DNA from: Pocillopora damicornis
Taxonomy: Eukaryota
NCBI RefSeq assembly: GCF_003704095.1
Contig: NW_020843882.1
Span: 1 to 64,000 of the forward strand
Direction: 5' to 3'
Length of the DNA: 64,000 nucleotides
The translations under genes and the position numbers were made by a program. This document shows positions 33,401 to 46,400 of this stretch, in pieces. Within the stretch, counting starts at the first letter, position 1; each line of letters opens with the position of its first letter. Under the pieces are notes generated by a model that had not been told where the DNA came from, did not search any database, and saw only the letters and a program-made list of their open reading frames with translations.

Positions 33401-36400
33401 AGTAGCTCTTAGAACCTCCTAGCATTACTTGGAATTCTTGAAAATCTAGGATGACCTGGAAAAATGATTGCTCTACCTGATGATTTCTTTGACCTGCTAT
33501 GCTTAAAATAAGGGAGAACAATGATGACAATATTATCAATTTTGCCACTCTTGGAACAAATGGCTGCTTGTTTATTACTGTATTGGCTTCCCAAGCACAA
33601 CAGTTGAGAATTCATCAGACAACCCCTTGCATGTCTGAAAGTGTGTAATCTGCTTTTCTTTTGTGTCTGTAAGGTTTGATGAGTGGTTGCTATGACAATA
33701 TGCCAACAGTTATTCCATCGTGGCAACAGAAGCTGGAATCAGCTCAGTCCAACTTATTTTGCAAAGAGTTATTTATGCAGGTGGGAATATTGTATGGACA
33801 TACTTTGATCATCTAAATTGCAAAAAGAAGAAAAAAACACTCAACTGCAAGCAGACAATTTGTTGTGCAAAGCAATAAGTTCAATGGTTTCCTAGCATTT
33901 CTACAGTCCAGTTGGTATTTTTCTAATGGAGAGTGATAAACATGAGTTGTTAAGTTGTCAAGATCGAGAAACATAGAAAGATTGATCCTCTAAGAAAATG
34001 TGTAATTTAAATAAGCTAGGAAACTGTAGTACATGTCCTCTACAAATCTATTCAAAAGCTAGTAATTTGTATTTTGCATTCAGACCCACATCGTTGCTGT
34101 GTAGAGTATTCTGGTTCACTTCTTGTTTTTTTTCTCTGACTAATGAGGTTTCAGCCTGTGGTCTGCAGGTGTACTCCCCATTTTTTTCCTTTTTTTTATC
34201 CTGACTCTTTCTGGTATAATTCAGAGATCTCACAAGAATGAGATCTCACAAGAGTTGAATTATCAAGTTAATTTTCCTTGGCCTGAGCAAGTGCAAACTG
34301 TCTCCCTCCAACATTACACTGAGTAGAGTACATCTCATATTTGAATTTTTTACATGTTCCTTAATTGAGTAAAAGCTCTTGCATTGTCAAACATCGTATA
34401 GACTTTGAACAACGCAACTTAAATGAGCCTTTGGGAGTTTGATCCTGATGGATGGTAGTGTTATATGTTTAACCCTTTAACTCCCATGAGTGACCAAGAC
34501 AGAATTTCTCCTTACAATTTCAATACAGTATAGCAGACAAGTGATGAGAGTAAAAAATATTAATTAGGGGATTATTAGTTGATCCAATACCAAATTCTCC
34601 AAACTAGCATCACAAGAACTGTATGGCAGGCAGTAAGGAGAATTACTAATGAGATCTTGGGAGTTTTAGAGTTAAGTGTCCATAAACATTTATGTGTGTA
34701 TACATGTTCATGATCATAACAGACATTTTATGCAGCGTGTCACTTATTTCTCTGTTTCTCTAATGAACAGCTGTCTCAAGGAGCTTACAATACTAAAGAA
34801 AACCGACCTCACTTTGTGATGGCCAATGAAATAAGAGCTGAGGTAGGGTTCCTTTTTTAAACTGTTAAATTTTCCTGTGGGGAGGCCAATTTATAAAACA
34901 AGAAAACTTAGTTTCATCTGTAGGAAGAGTTTTCACATTATTGCAATTAATTTGAATTATTTTTATAATAGATTTTTCCAGGAACAGATCTTTGTATAAC
35001 ATACAGCTGTCGGAAAAACAGTTCAGAAGAAAACTCTTCTAAGGTAGCAATTGCCAATATGTGTTTCCTAATGTATATTTTAATGTTGATAGGATTATTG
35101 ACACCAGTTAGCGGTGCATGTACTTATTAACCTTTCACTACTAGAAGTAATTAACATAGAACTTTTCCCTATAATAGTCATATGTTATTCAGGAACAGAT
35201 AATGAGAATAATCAAACTTATAGGGTAGAAGTTGTTATCTTGATCTAACAACAAATTCTCGTAACTAATTTACAAGGAAAAGTGGAGCAGCTAGAGGAGA
35301 GAATTAACAATCAGATCTATGGAGTTAAGGGTTAGCAACACACTCAGACTTGTCTATTGAAGTAAAATAATGCAGAAAAGGTGACAGGCTCTACAAAGAA
35401 ATGATTTTGGGGCGCCTCTTGGAAGAGAGATGATATCGCTGTGGGTCTGCTCTTAAAATTTTATTTCACTTCTTTGCTAGAGCAATCCTCTCTGTTGGAC
35501 CATGTGATTTTAAACTCTTTAGCAAAGACTTGACTTTTACAGGGTCTGATTAATCCAATTTTATATTTATCTGTTTACATGCTCGGATGCAGAAATATAA
35601 ATTGTACTGTCCCTATTCAGGTGGCGCATAAGGATAAAGCACCTCGTGCTTACTCTCTTGAGTATTCTCTTCACTCGCTTCTCAGGAAGCAGCACTTAAA
35701 GGCACAGTCATTGCAGACACCTCGTCCTGTTACTGCATATCCCATGCAAGGGGGCAGCAAGAGGCTGTGTCTTGCTGGAGCATCAGCTCTAACAACTTCT
35801 GAGGTAGCACCAAATCTACAAAGGTATATAGAATTTAGTATTAATTTTTTAAAACTGGCTAGTCTTAAGTGCATTGAGACCAGTTTAAAAGCCCCAGAGG
35901 TAGGTCAGAGGGCCAGTTCTTTGCCTTAGAATAGCCTTAGAATGCTAGTCCTTTGCAACCACTCTTATGAGCTCAGAGTGGAGTTGTTTTTTGTCACAAT
36001 TACACCCTTCAAAAACATGTTATGTTGAAGTAAATAAATATGTGAGAGAGCAGTTAGACACAGACACTGAGAATATCATTGGTAATATAAAACGCAGCAC
36101 AGTGACCAGGGAAAGTACCATTCTCTTTCACTCTTTGACCACACCCAGCCAAGTGTACCGAGCTTTGCATGGCCTTTCTTAACAAGCCTAAAGTTATGTA
36201 TGCGTACTTACCAATGTTTTTAATTTATTAAATATTTGTTTAAAAAGATTGATATTCTTGCGCTTGTGCTAAGCTTGATTTCTAAGTCTTCTTTCACTCT
36301 TACAGTGAGAGTCTTTTAGAAACTGTCCTAAAAGTCTCAAGACACAAAGTTCTTCAGAAAAGGTATGAGTTTCACTCTTGTATTTTAAGTGTAATTTGAT

Positions 36401-38464
36401 TGTTTCACTTTACCAGATTGTGAATTAGGACAAACCACATTAGCGTTGATACCTTCTGTAATTATTCGAACGTAACATTGTAGAGAACATCTAGACTCTT
36501 TCACACTTAAGAATGACAAGGAAGAAATTTCTCCTCTCATTGAATTTGAGGAAAGGAGAACATCACAAGGGGACATTGTTTGATTTCAAACCAAATTCTC
36601 TGTATTAAGATTGTAAGAAATTTTATAGCAGACACCGGGAGAATTTGTATATAGATCTTGGAACTGAGAGGGTTACGTGTTGTTTTATTGATTCAACAAG
36701 CACAATTGCCATTTAACCGTTACAATCCACAATAACCAACATCGAAAAATACTATGTATTCTAAAGAGTATATTTTTTTTCACACGTTGTGTCTTGATGC
36801 CTATTATTTGGATATTTTTTCGGCAGGGCCGTGGAGGTGATTGATGATCTGAAGTCCAGACTGAATGATCCTTGTATTACATGTCATTGGAGCACTGTAG
36901 GCAGTGACACTAATACATCAGCTACTGTTCACATCACTTCGCCAGAGGTTGGACATCTCGCTAGGTACGTAATTGGCGTCTTAATAATTACTTTGGCGTG
37001 CAGAGAATGCCATTTAATTCTGAGGCTAAGTTATCAAGTCAGGGGTATGCCCCGCCTGCGAGGCAAGTGGTTTCTGAGTGCTGCTCCTCGTCCCAAACCT
37101 CAAGCGACTTCGCCGTTCGTTTTCTCTGCGCTGCTCCTAAACGGTATTAAAGCGCGCACAAAACACGATCACCAGAATCAATTGTGAGCCATTCTCTCTC
37201 TAAGCGATTGCGCGCGACTGAGGAAAAACAGTTACAAGAATTCTGATTTTGATCACGCTGCATGAAATGTATTTGTCCAGGTCATCATTCCAGTTACGCG
37301 TGGGAGTACGAGGAATTCGTGTAGTGAGTGCTGATGGAGAAAATGTTGACCTTCCCACCCACCCTCAGGATTTAGAAGACTTCATCTTAAGTCAGGTTGG
37401 CTTGAAGACTTGCTTGTCACTGTCACTTCGTGAATCAAATACATCATCGTCCTTTTGGTAGTTGAGCTGAATTGCAATGTATTCAAATTCCTCTTTCTGC
37501 AGGTTTGCAATCATCGCTTATTAGTGGCCAAGTCTCTGGCGCAGAGCCTGGGCTGGCACGTGATCCATTGTAGTCGTCACGTGGGCACTGGGGCGAAAGA
37601 AAGACAGGGTCATGTGGGTGGACTGATGGTGAAATCGCCAAATGGAAATAAGTAAGAATTAAAATTTGCGCCCAGCTTGTTGTAGTTTTACATTTGACAA
37701 AGTAAGAAACAAGCTCAGGGTTGTCATTAAAAGCTGTTCGGTGGCGGCAACCCAAAGATCATTTTGTGCCGGCTACATACACAAGTACTTTGGCGTAATA
37801 ACGAAGTTGTCCTTACAACTTTACTGAGACCCCAATTATAGTTTCCATATCATCCTCCAAAACAATCCGAAGTCATTCGGGGCGCTAACAAGGAAAGAAA
37901 TGCCAAATGGTTACCTCAGGGACCACGTGATTACGCTACCACAGTCTCTAGACTTAAGTTTGCACATACTTTTTTTTTCCATACGATTGGTTGGAGCGAC
38001 TTTGTGATTTCGAAAACTGAAACGATCGGGAAGATCGGGCGATCTTCGGGCGATCGTATTGAAATCGGGCCTCGGAGGCTACTGAGTATACAACTCGGAC
38101 ACCAGCTTGAAGAGGCGCGGATATTCGAGACTTAGTTTAATCCTGAAAATTCGATATCTCTTTTGTAGTGTCTTTTTGTCCCCTGCGTTTTGATTTAAAT
38201 GGAATGAACACTTTTGAAACCACTGAATAATTACGTTATTCATAAATTTTTTTCAGAGCTGTCGCAGTCCGCACAGGACCAGCCAGCGGTGTGAGCGTTT
38301 TGGTCAGGCGCCCTCAGCTCCCTAATGGCGTGGCGCCCGAGTTACTTGGCGACATGAACTGGGGGTGCCTGGGGGGAGATTTTATGGAGGTGCACTGGTC
38401 AAAAATGCCAGGAAGAACTTTTGTGCAAAAAATATTCTTACTGTTAGCTATTGAAATGTACTGA
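30442..38464 (+). CDS. MED17: Mediator complex subunit 17, 14 exons, ~635 aa
   Basis: Exons 30442-30536, 30874-31038, 31365-31500, 32057-32255, 32491-32682, 33674-33780, 34771-34842, 34972-35043, 35621-35823, 36306-36362, 36827-36964, 37281-37395, 37503-37651, 38257-38464 (1908 nt, phases consistent). Motifs [61 protein letters not shown] and [13 protein letters not shown] match MED17. Confidence 0.93.
32761..33005 (-). repeat. Interspersed repeat with internal tRNA-like segment (copy 1)
   Basis: Highly similar to 61877-62150. The minus strand carries A-box (tagctcagttg) and B-box (ggttcaaattcc) motifs. Confidence 0.75.
34469..34675. mobile_element. piggyBac-type MITE in a MED17 intron
   Basis: TTAA-CCCTTTAACTCCCA...TGGGAGTT(TT)AGAG-TTAA. 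Related degraded copies at ~2740-2900, 22536-22745, 35127-35335 and ~36496-36675. Confidence 0.75.
35127..35335. mobile_element. piggyBac-type MITE (related subfamily)
   Basis: ttaacctttcact...caaattctc...ggagagaattaacaatcagatctatggagttaagggtta. The 3' half matches ~2820-2900. Confidence 0.6.
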
Positions 38465-39014
38465 TATCTGAGTATATATTTAGTACTTGTTTACAGCTAC
38501 AATAGGTGAACAATAACAAAAAGAAGATCATGGTAGCTGATAAACTTGTAATCAAGGTCTTATTTTATGCTTAGAAGGCTCCATGCTAAGCATCAAGAGT
38601 GAATCACCTGGTATTTTCTGTTCATGATCTGATAATTGACTTTTGATTATGTACAGTGAAATATAATTATAAAAAAAGTTAAGTCATTAAAGTCTTGCAT
38701 TGATGTTGTGATAAAGTGAAACATATAGGATATTTACTCGTAAGGCGGATGACCTGATGGCAACTTTTTGGTCGAAGGAAACTTATGGTATAAACTCCTT
38801 TGAGTACTAGAACGAGAGAAATATTACGCGCCCTTTGGCCCACCCGGAGTAGCTGTTAGAAAAAGTGACATACCGAGGTGCCACACATGAAAAATTTAAT
38901 GAAGGGTAGATGTAATTGGTGATTTTAACCCCTCTCCCCATCCCTTCCTTGCTTGTGGCACAACGAAGTCAATCATTGCAGTTGTTAAAGCCAAAATAAA
39001 AACCAATTGTCAAG

Positions 39015-41649
39015 TTATCTAGCCGCCATTTTCTTCAGGTCATCATGCAAGGCTTCATAAGGCCTGACCGACTTGACTTCCATGTGTACACAGTCTCCCA
39101 TCTGCCTCATCATGGGCAGGTCAAACGAAATACGATCCACTTCGTACGGACTCTCCACACATAACAGGATGTATACCTACAACACCAGAAAGTTCATAAA
39201 CTATAAGAAACATGCGCAGACTATCATTTACTTAAAAGGCGCTTGAAAACTACTGAACACTTAAACAGCCCAGCCTGCCACTAGTCTCCTATTACTTGTC
39301 GGTAGAGCATTCGAAGTACTCATCGGAGGGTCGTAGGTTCCACACCTATTAGGAGCGCGCACTTGGAGTTCTTTTACTCAGAGTATGCCTTGGCCTGTGT
39401 CACTCACTGAAAACACCATCTTTTAACTGGACACTGATCGCACAATTTGAACCATTTTAGAAAGACTGTTACCAAAAGGGGCCACGATATCACATCGATC
39501 ATTAGCAGCATCAACCAAATTAGATCTGTTTGGTTGTAGGGAAAGACTTACCAATATTGATTGAATCAACGATTCGAATGTCATTACTGTTTTATCCGAA
39601 TGTATCAACTAGAATCACCAAATCAATTTAGAGGCCAGCCAACTCAAATTTTATAAAAAAACACTTTTTCAACGGACCAAGCAAAGAAATACATCCTTCT
39701 TTCTACCTCGAACAAAGACCAAAAGAATGAGGCTGGGGAGTGGAAACGAGCCACGATGTCATTTACAAAACGTTCAAAATATTCTGTTGGTCAAAAGCTA
39801 ATTTAGGCGGGAAAGTTTTTTCTGTGAGTGCGTGATGACGTTGAGATGCGTGAGAAGTGAGATGCATGAGACGTGAGATGCGTAAGTTAAAACATGCCTT
39901 AGTCCCAAAGGTAAGCTATTGTTTTCGTCGTTGTTTTCTTCTATCAAAGAACAGGATGCATCATGAAGTATGGAGTTGTGTGAATACTTTGCTTACCTTT
40001 CTTTCTCCTACCACCTTCCACAAGTCGACCACCTTCCCGCTTTTCTTTCCTCCTAAAGCAGCTTTGGCCTCCTGTAACCAAACGGCCAACAACTCGTCTT
40101 GCGTCTTACCTGCATCAATGAAACAGAATTCAGCGAAATGTAAAACTCGCAGAAAATATTTTTATTTGATGAACTACTCCTGAAGGATTCTCTCTCAGAA
40201 GCGCTCCAATGCTCCACTAGTGTGCCATAGAGAACTCGTTGCTAGGCTCTTGTAAGCCATTAAAAGACGAAGCATTGTGCATTGGTGTGATGGGATTAAA
40301 AAAAAATAATGGTATTTTAACAATGAAACACATGCTTAATGAAATGAAGTCACTGAAAAGACGAATAATATTTTTGTAGTTTACGACGAGGTAACTAATG
40401 TGATGGCCTTCCAAACTTACCTGGATATTCTATAATAAACGTTATCCAGTAGAAAAGTCCTGCTTTCGGTACAGTAGGTATGTCTTCAAACACCGTTTCA
40501 TCCCCATTATTAACTCTTTTACTTATATCTGTTGCTAGTCCCGCGTAAGGTCTGAGGGGTGTCACCTCCATTTGTACCTGATCACCCATCTCCTTAAACA
40601 TTGGCAAATGAAATGACAGCCTATCGATTTCATCTGGATTCTCTGCTTTCATAACTGGAAACAGATTAAAATTTCGAGGGAGCGTTCACTTACTGGAAGT
40701 TAAATTTTAAACCAATTTTCTCCAGTGAGTTTATTTTCTTCACTTACCACAAAATACTTTGCGCTCTCCCACCAACTGAAAGTGTTAAACCAAAACAATC
40801 ATTTACATCAAAATATTACAAAATTTAATCTCTTGTTTACGTCAAATGGCAAAAAGGAGTGATAAAACATAGCTATGTACCCTTTTCATATATAACTTGA
40901 GACAACTTTTGACAGTTTGCGTCGCATTCTTCTCTGATTTGAAATATGTGAAATTTTATTTCAATGTCCCGAAACTGACCTTTTACTGCCTTTTAACTAA
41001 GAGACCGAGAAGCTAAAGAGACCGTTTTTTGCCCGAGTAACTCCTAAATATCCACAGATCTTTGGTGTTACCAATGACGCTCTTATTTGTCTTTGTCGTG
41101 CTCAAACAAAAAAGTCATAATGCCGATGGTTTGTTCTGAACTGATTTTATTTGATCAAACTCAACAAGATTTGGTTCCCGCTCATGGCACGACGACTCGC
41201 ATGAATGATTTCGGTTCGATAGACACTTTCAGATATTATTGTTCAAATAGTATTTTTTTCATCAGAAGTTTTGTAATTCCCTGACACAGAGAGGCATTTT
41301 CCAATGATTCATTATAGGCTATTATTTCCAGAGACTAAATTTGTATTGTCCCAAACTTGTACGGACCCGAGGTTATGGAGGGTCTGAGTTTTCTTTGTTG
41401 TGATAAATTTGTGGTTAATTACTAAGACCTTTTGGTCTTTTTGGGAAAATTTGAAAAACAGTAGTCGGTCAGTAAAGATGAACGACTCAGATGTTTCAAA
41501 AATATTCCTACCTTCCATATCTGTAGTATTTTTCCCTTCTCCTTCGCTTTTAGTGCCACTTCTGCTTCTGCTGCCCAAGTTTTGATAAACTGTTCTTGTG
41601 GTATTCGTTTGTACTCAATGGTAAACTTTATTAAGTACAGTAAGCTCAT
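39015..41649 (-). CDS. Tandem two-domain muconolactone delta-isomerase (CatC/MIase)-like protein A, 5 exons, ~224 aa
   Basis: Exons 41649-41512, 40775-40748, 40654-40421, 40109-39997, 39176-39015 (675 nt, GT-AG). Two internal ~100-aa repeats of the form F-x-I-E-Y...W-x-x-E-A...G-K...W-K-x-x-G-E-R-K-V...D-R...L-P-M...G-D-x-V-x-M-E-V-x-(P/S)-(L/V)-R-P-Y, resembling the MIase family. Family assignment is from recall. Confidence 0.82.
39280..39424 (+). mobile_element. Degenerate tRNA-derived SINE-like repeat in an intron
   Basis: gtcggtagagcattcgaagtactcatcggagggtcgtaggttccacacctattaggagc resembles a decayed tRNA head. Confidence 0.5.
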
Positions 41650-43404
41650 TTTAGAACCAAACGCTATTGAACGTAAGAACAGCGTAGTTTTCAGGAACTC
41701 CCGTACAACTTCTGTCTGGTACTTTGGTATTAACTTTATTCCATAAAATTCGCTGTATTGAACTGCAATATTTTCTCCTACAAAAGATGCTAACATATTC
41801 AAATTACGCAAATCAACTGACAGGGATAATTAATGAATTTTTCTGTAGTTAGCATCATTAGTTAAATAGATTGACATACCGGCGGATTGTCGCTGATTGC
41901 GAGTTGAAAGAAATCAGAAGTTAACGCTAAATGTGTTCTGTAGCTCAAATTAGGCTTTAAAATAATAGGGAACTTTTCAGCTACGTGCTTAGCAGCAATG
42001 TAAGTTTATTTCTCGGAACGCGCAGTGACGTAAACGGGGTCAAGTGCATCGAAGAAAAGCCTATTGGATTTTACGTGCAAAAGTTAGTTAGTTTAGTCGG
42101 CTCAGAGCAAAGTGTATTATTTGGAGTAATACAAGATATCAATCTCCTCTGGTTTATGTTGTGCAAAGTGAATCGCTTTTTCCTAATACTCTCGATACGC
42201 ACAGCACCAGGCACTGTGCGCGTTAGACCAGAAGATGTGGACTACTCAGTTTTTTAATTGAAAACGGTTCAATACGCGAACTCGGAGAAAAATGTGATTC
42301 AAATGTGCTCGTTACGTCAGCTAAAATATAAATGAACTCGAAGCAATTAAAGGGAGTCAGATGAAAGGCTAAGCAAAAATTCCTCTACTAGTGGGGACAA
42401 TATGATAATGAACAACTACAGATGGCGCCTAACATGAACTTACACGGAATCGAATTCCATTAATTCTTGACCACAGAGATAAGTCGTATTTTTCGGCTTT
42501 CTTTCTTTTGTTTCATGTTATTTTTAATTTTTCTGCAATGGCCCTGTTTTGCTCTTTCAGCATTAAAACGGCCGCGTGGATATAACCCTAATGATGTTCA
42601 TCGGGGGTATCTGGTACTTAACCCTCTCAATAATTGTTTTTATATGTCTCTAACGTCCGAGCCGCCTTCCTTCTTTTACCAATCATTTAAGAAAACATAG
42701 CAAGCTGAAACTATCGTCGATGCATTGGCGACGTCAACGACAGTCAAAACTGATTCAAAATTGATCATCGACGAGCGTTAGGAAAATAGAGATGGTCTTT
42801 GCTTCTGTCCAACCATCCAGGCTAGAGGAAATGTCTGAGATTAAGGATTAGACTTAGCTTTCAAAATCTAGAACGGTCTAGAAAGCAGCGGTGAAATTCC
42901 ATTCTTTGGAGTTTTGCCTACAAACGAAAATCTGCTTACTATGAATAGATGCAACATACCATAAGGATCTCTTTATAGATGAAATTATTTAGTCTCGTTC
43001 CCAGTGTCTCTCTCCATCCCATTCCCTGAGTCCCTGATATGCCCCTCTTATAGCCGGAGGAATTTTAGAATTTAAGGGTCGCTAACATCATAAACACTTG
43101 AGACAGCGAAAGCGTAGAATTTTAATTTGTATTCGATTTACCTGAAATCTGCCAAAGTTTTTTCGCATTCTTAACCATTCATGTCGTATGTATCTAAGAA
43201 ACATTGACAACCCTTCTTGCTTTCCATGGCTGGCCGCGAATGCAGATGAATTCGTCACTTGACATCTTAAATCTGTTAATACAACTATATTAAGTATCTT
43301 AGAGCTCTGACTTTTTCTTAATAGTTTAATACATCATTAACTACGTTCTAAATTCAATTCAGTGCGAGAATGGTTTACAATCCGATGGCCCTATTACATG
43401 CTTG

Positions 43405-46400
43405 TTATTCTGCTAGCTTTTGTAGATCTTTGGCCCATTCCTCTATCGGCCGTATCGACTTGCAATCTATATGGACTTTGCTTCCCATCTTTTTCATGAC
43501 TGGTAAGTCCAGTGACATTCTGTCAACATCAGTCGGATCATCCACACAGACAACGGCTATAACCTGAAAAACATATCATAAGGAGCGTTTGATGAAATTT
43601 TGGTGATTTTCTATGTGCTTATGCACATCATTTGTGCAGAAGCAAGTGAAATGCACCTTAGGCGGCCTTAACGTTTATGAAGACTTGAGTTCACAAAACT
43701 GATCTAAAACCATCACAAAACTGAATGACTGAATGGGTTGTTCGCGCTGTGATAATATTGGGCATTATCACACAGCCACAAGTGAAAACAATAGATTAGT
43801 CAAATGTTTAATTAAGTACTCGCTTTGTACGTTATCAGTTTAAAGTGATAGTTACTTTACGTTCCGCTACCACTTTCCACAAGTCCAGGATGATTCCAGA
43901 CTTCTTTGCCTTGAGAGCCTCTTTAGCCTCCTCAGCCCAGACAGCAAACAGGTCCTGTTGTGTCATGGCTTTGGAAAAGATGAAATAAAAGGAGACGAGA
44001 AAAGGTGAGAGAAATTGATTATAAGGATTCATCTGATTCGGATAAAGCCTAAAATGTAGCTCGAACCGAAATTGGTGACTCATATGACCGCGAGGTCCAT
44101 GGCATTATGAGACAACATCTGCCTGCCCATTGCAACAACGCTCTAACCAACCCAACGAGCCGAGTTTACGTACAGATAATCTCTGCATTCGGCGCTCTAT
44201 TATAATGTCTTTCAAGATTGTCTTCAATGTATATACCCAATCATTACCTATGTAATAAACAGAACTTACAAGTCCACTGGTGGATTCGGTTTTATCCCGA
44301 GTTGGTGATATCTCTCACTCGTTCGCCTCGCACACTCGTGAGAGATAATTTAAACACTGGCAGATAAAATTCGTATGCACCAGCGGTCATTAAGTATCCT
44401 CTATATCACATATATCTTACTAAGGTCGTATTCCACAGTAAACGTCAGGATGTAGAAGAGGCCGTTCTTTAAGGTGGACTTTTCATTCCCGTATTTTTCT
44501 CCGTTCCCAATTCTATCGCTCACATCTGTCGCAAATCCTTCGTATTGTCTCAACGGGGTAAATGTCGAGTGTAACTGATCTCCGATAGCCTGGTAAAGAG
44601 GAAGCTCGACAAAGCAAGTGTCCAGTACTGAGGGTGACTCCACTGACATCACTAAATAAAAAACAGAAGGCAAAAGCATGGCCTTAGAGTCAGTTCTTGT
44701 CTTCCGTTTTTAATGATGTTTTATCATTATGTGCAATTAAACGATGCGGCAATAAATCACGAAACAGCCGGAGCAAACTGACTTGTTCCATCATTATATT
44801 TGATTTTTTTTTTGGCATTGAATAGATTTAAAATCTTATGGAGACCAAAACTACGAAAGAAGAACTCGCGTTTTTGCAAACCCTTTTCTGAATTGTCCAG
44901 ATAGCGTTTCTAAAACTATTTTGGAGAAAAAGACAGTGACTAAACACGAACTGCGGGCAAAACTACAAGTAATTTTTCAATTCCTGATAAAGCATACATT
45001 TTCTGATGATATAGCTCTCCGGAATCGAGCGACAGATACAAGAGGCCCGCTACCTCTACCCGATACTCTAATGAGCCCTCCGTTTCCCCATCGCTAATTA
45101 AAAATGGATAGCTTTAACACACGATATTGAGCATTCAGCTTCTTTACTTTGTTATGTGTGGCATGAAAACGGTTTATCTAATTGATTGAGATTTAATTTT
45201 ATTACCTCCAAGAACTTTTCTTTCTCCAGCTATCTATAAAGTGAAGAGACGGAAATGAATGGGAAACTATTCAAGCTGTTAAAGATATCATCAAGTGCTG
45301 TTAGAAGTACTTTCCGATTCACTACAGGGGCGGAAACAGGAATTCTTTTAGTAGGGGGTCGAAACTTTTATAAAGAGGTATCAAAGTAATAAACACGCGG
45401 TTTAAGCCCTGTCTTCAGAAGAATTTTGGTTTCAGACAGGAGGTAAAAAACCAGCTGTGGGGTGGGAGAAGACGGAACTCTNNNNNNNNNNNNNNNNNNN
45501 NNNNNNNNNNNNNNNNNNNNNNNNNNNNNNNNNNNNNNNNNNNNNNNNNNNNNNNNNNNNNNNNNNNNNNNNNNNNNNNNNNNNNNNNNNNNNNNNNNNN
45601 NNNNNNNNNNNNNNNNNNNNNNNNNNNNNNNNNNNNNNNNNNNNNNNNNNNNNNNNNNNNNNNNNNNNNNNNNNNNNNNNNNNNNNNNNNNNNNNNNNNN
45701 NNNNNNNNNNNNNNNNNNNNNNNNNNNNNNNNNNNNNNNNNNNNNNNNNNNNNNNNNNNNNNNNNNNNNNNNNNNNNNNNNNNNNNNNNNNNNNNNNNNN
45801 NNNNNNNNNNNNNNNNNNNNNNNNNNNNNNNNNNNNNNNNGGGAGGGGGGAATTAAGATAATTTTAACGTGACATTTTCAAAATCTACCGACAATCCCTG
45901 GTGATAAATAATGATCGGTTCCCTTAACCTGATAGATGGCTCCTCTCTAATCCGTTGCAAATACTATATGTTATCTCGTACCAGACCTTTCGTGGTTGCA
46001 AGTTATCGTTACATGGTAGGATCTGGGTACGAGATTCACTAATTGTCTTATCCTCTCCATACATAGAATTTTGGTTGCTACCCGTCAATAATGACATATA
46101 ATGCTGTGCGTCAGAAATATTTAAGCAGCAAACCAGGTTCTTGACCTTTCCGTTCTCAAAATAACTTTTCCGCACATGAAACAATTTTAAAAACCTCACA
46201 AACATGAAATAACCATGCCCCTTTGGCTCAGTAGGGAAACGGAGAATGGTTGAAAGAAACACAATTTCAGTTGCTCAAAAAAAAAAGGCGCTTCGGAGAA
46301 ATTTTTTGATTCGTGCATGTTGAATTGACACTCTATTGAGATGTGACTTAGATGTTAATCTATCTATTGTCACTTCAAGTGCGGATGTTGATTGATATCT

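Noticed and set aside
45457-45872. Two 134-136-aa ORFs
   Set aside because: Artefacts of the 359-N gap.
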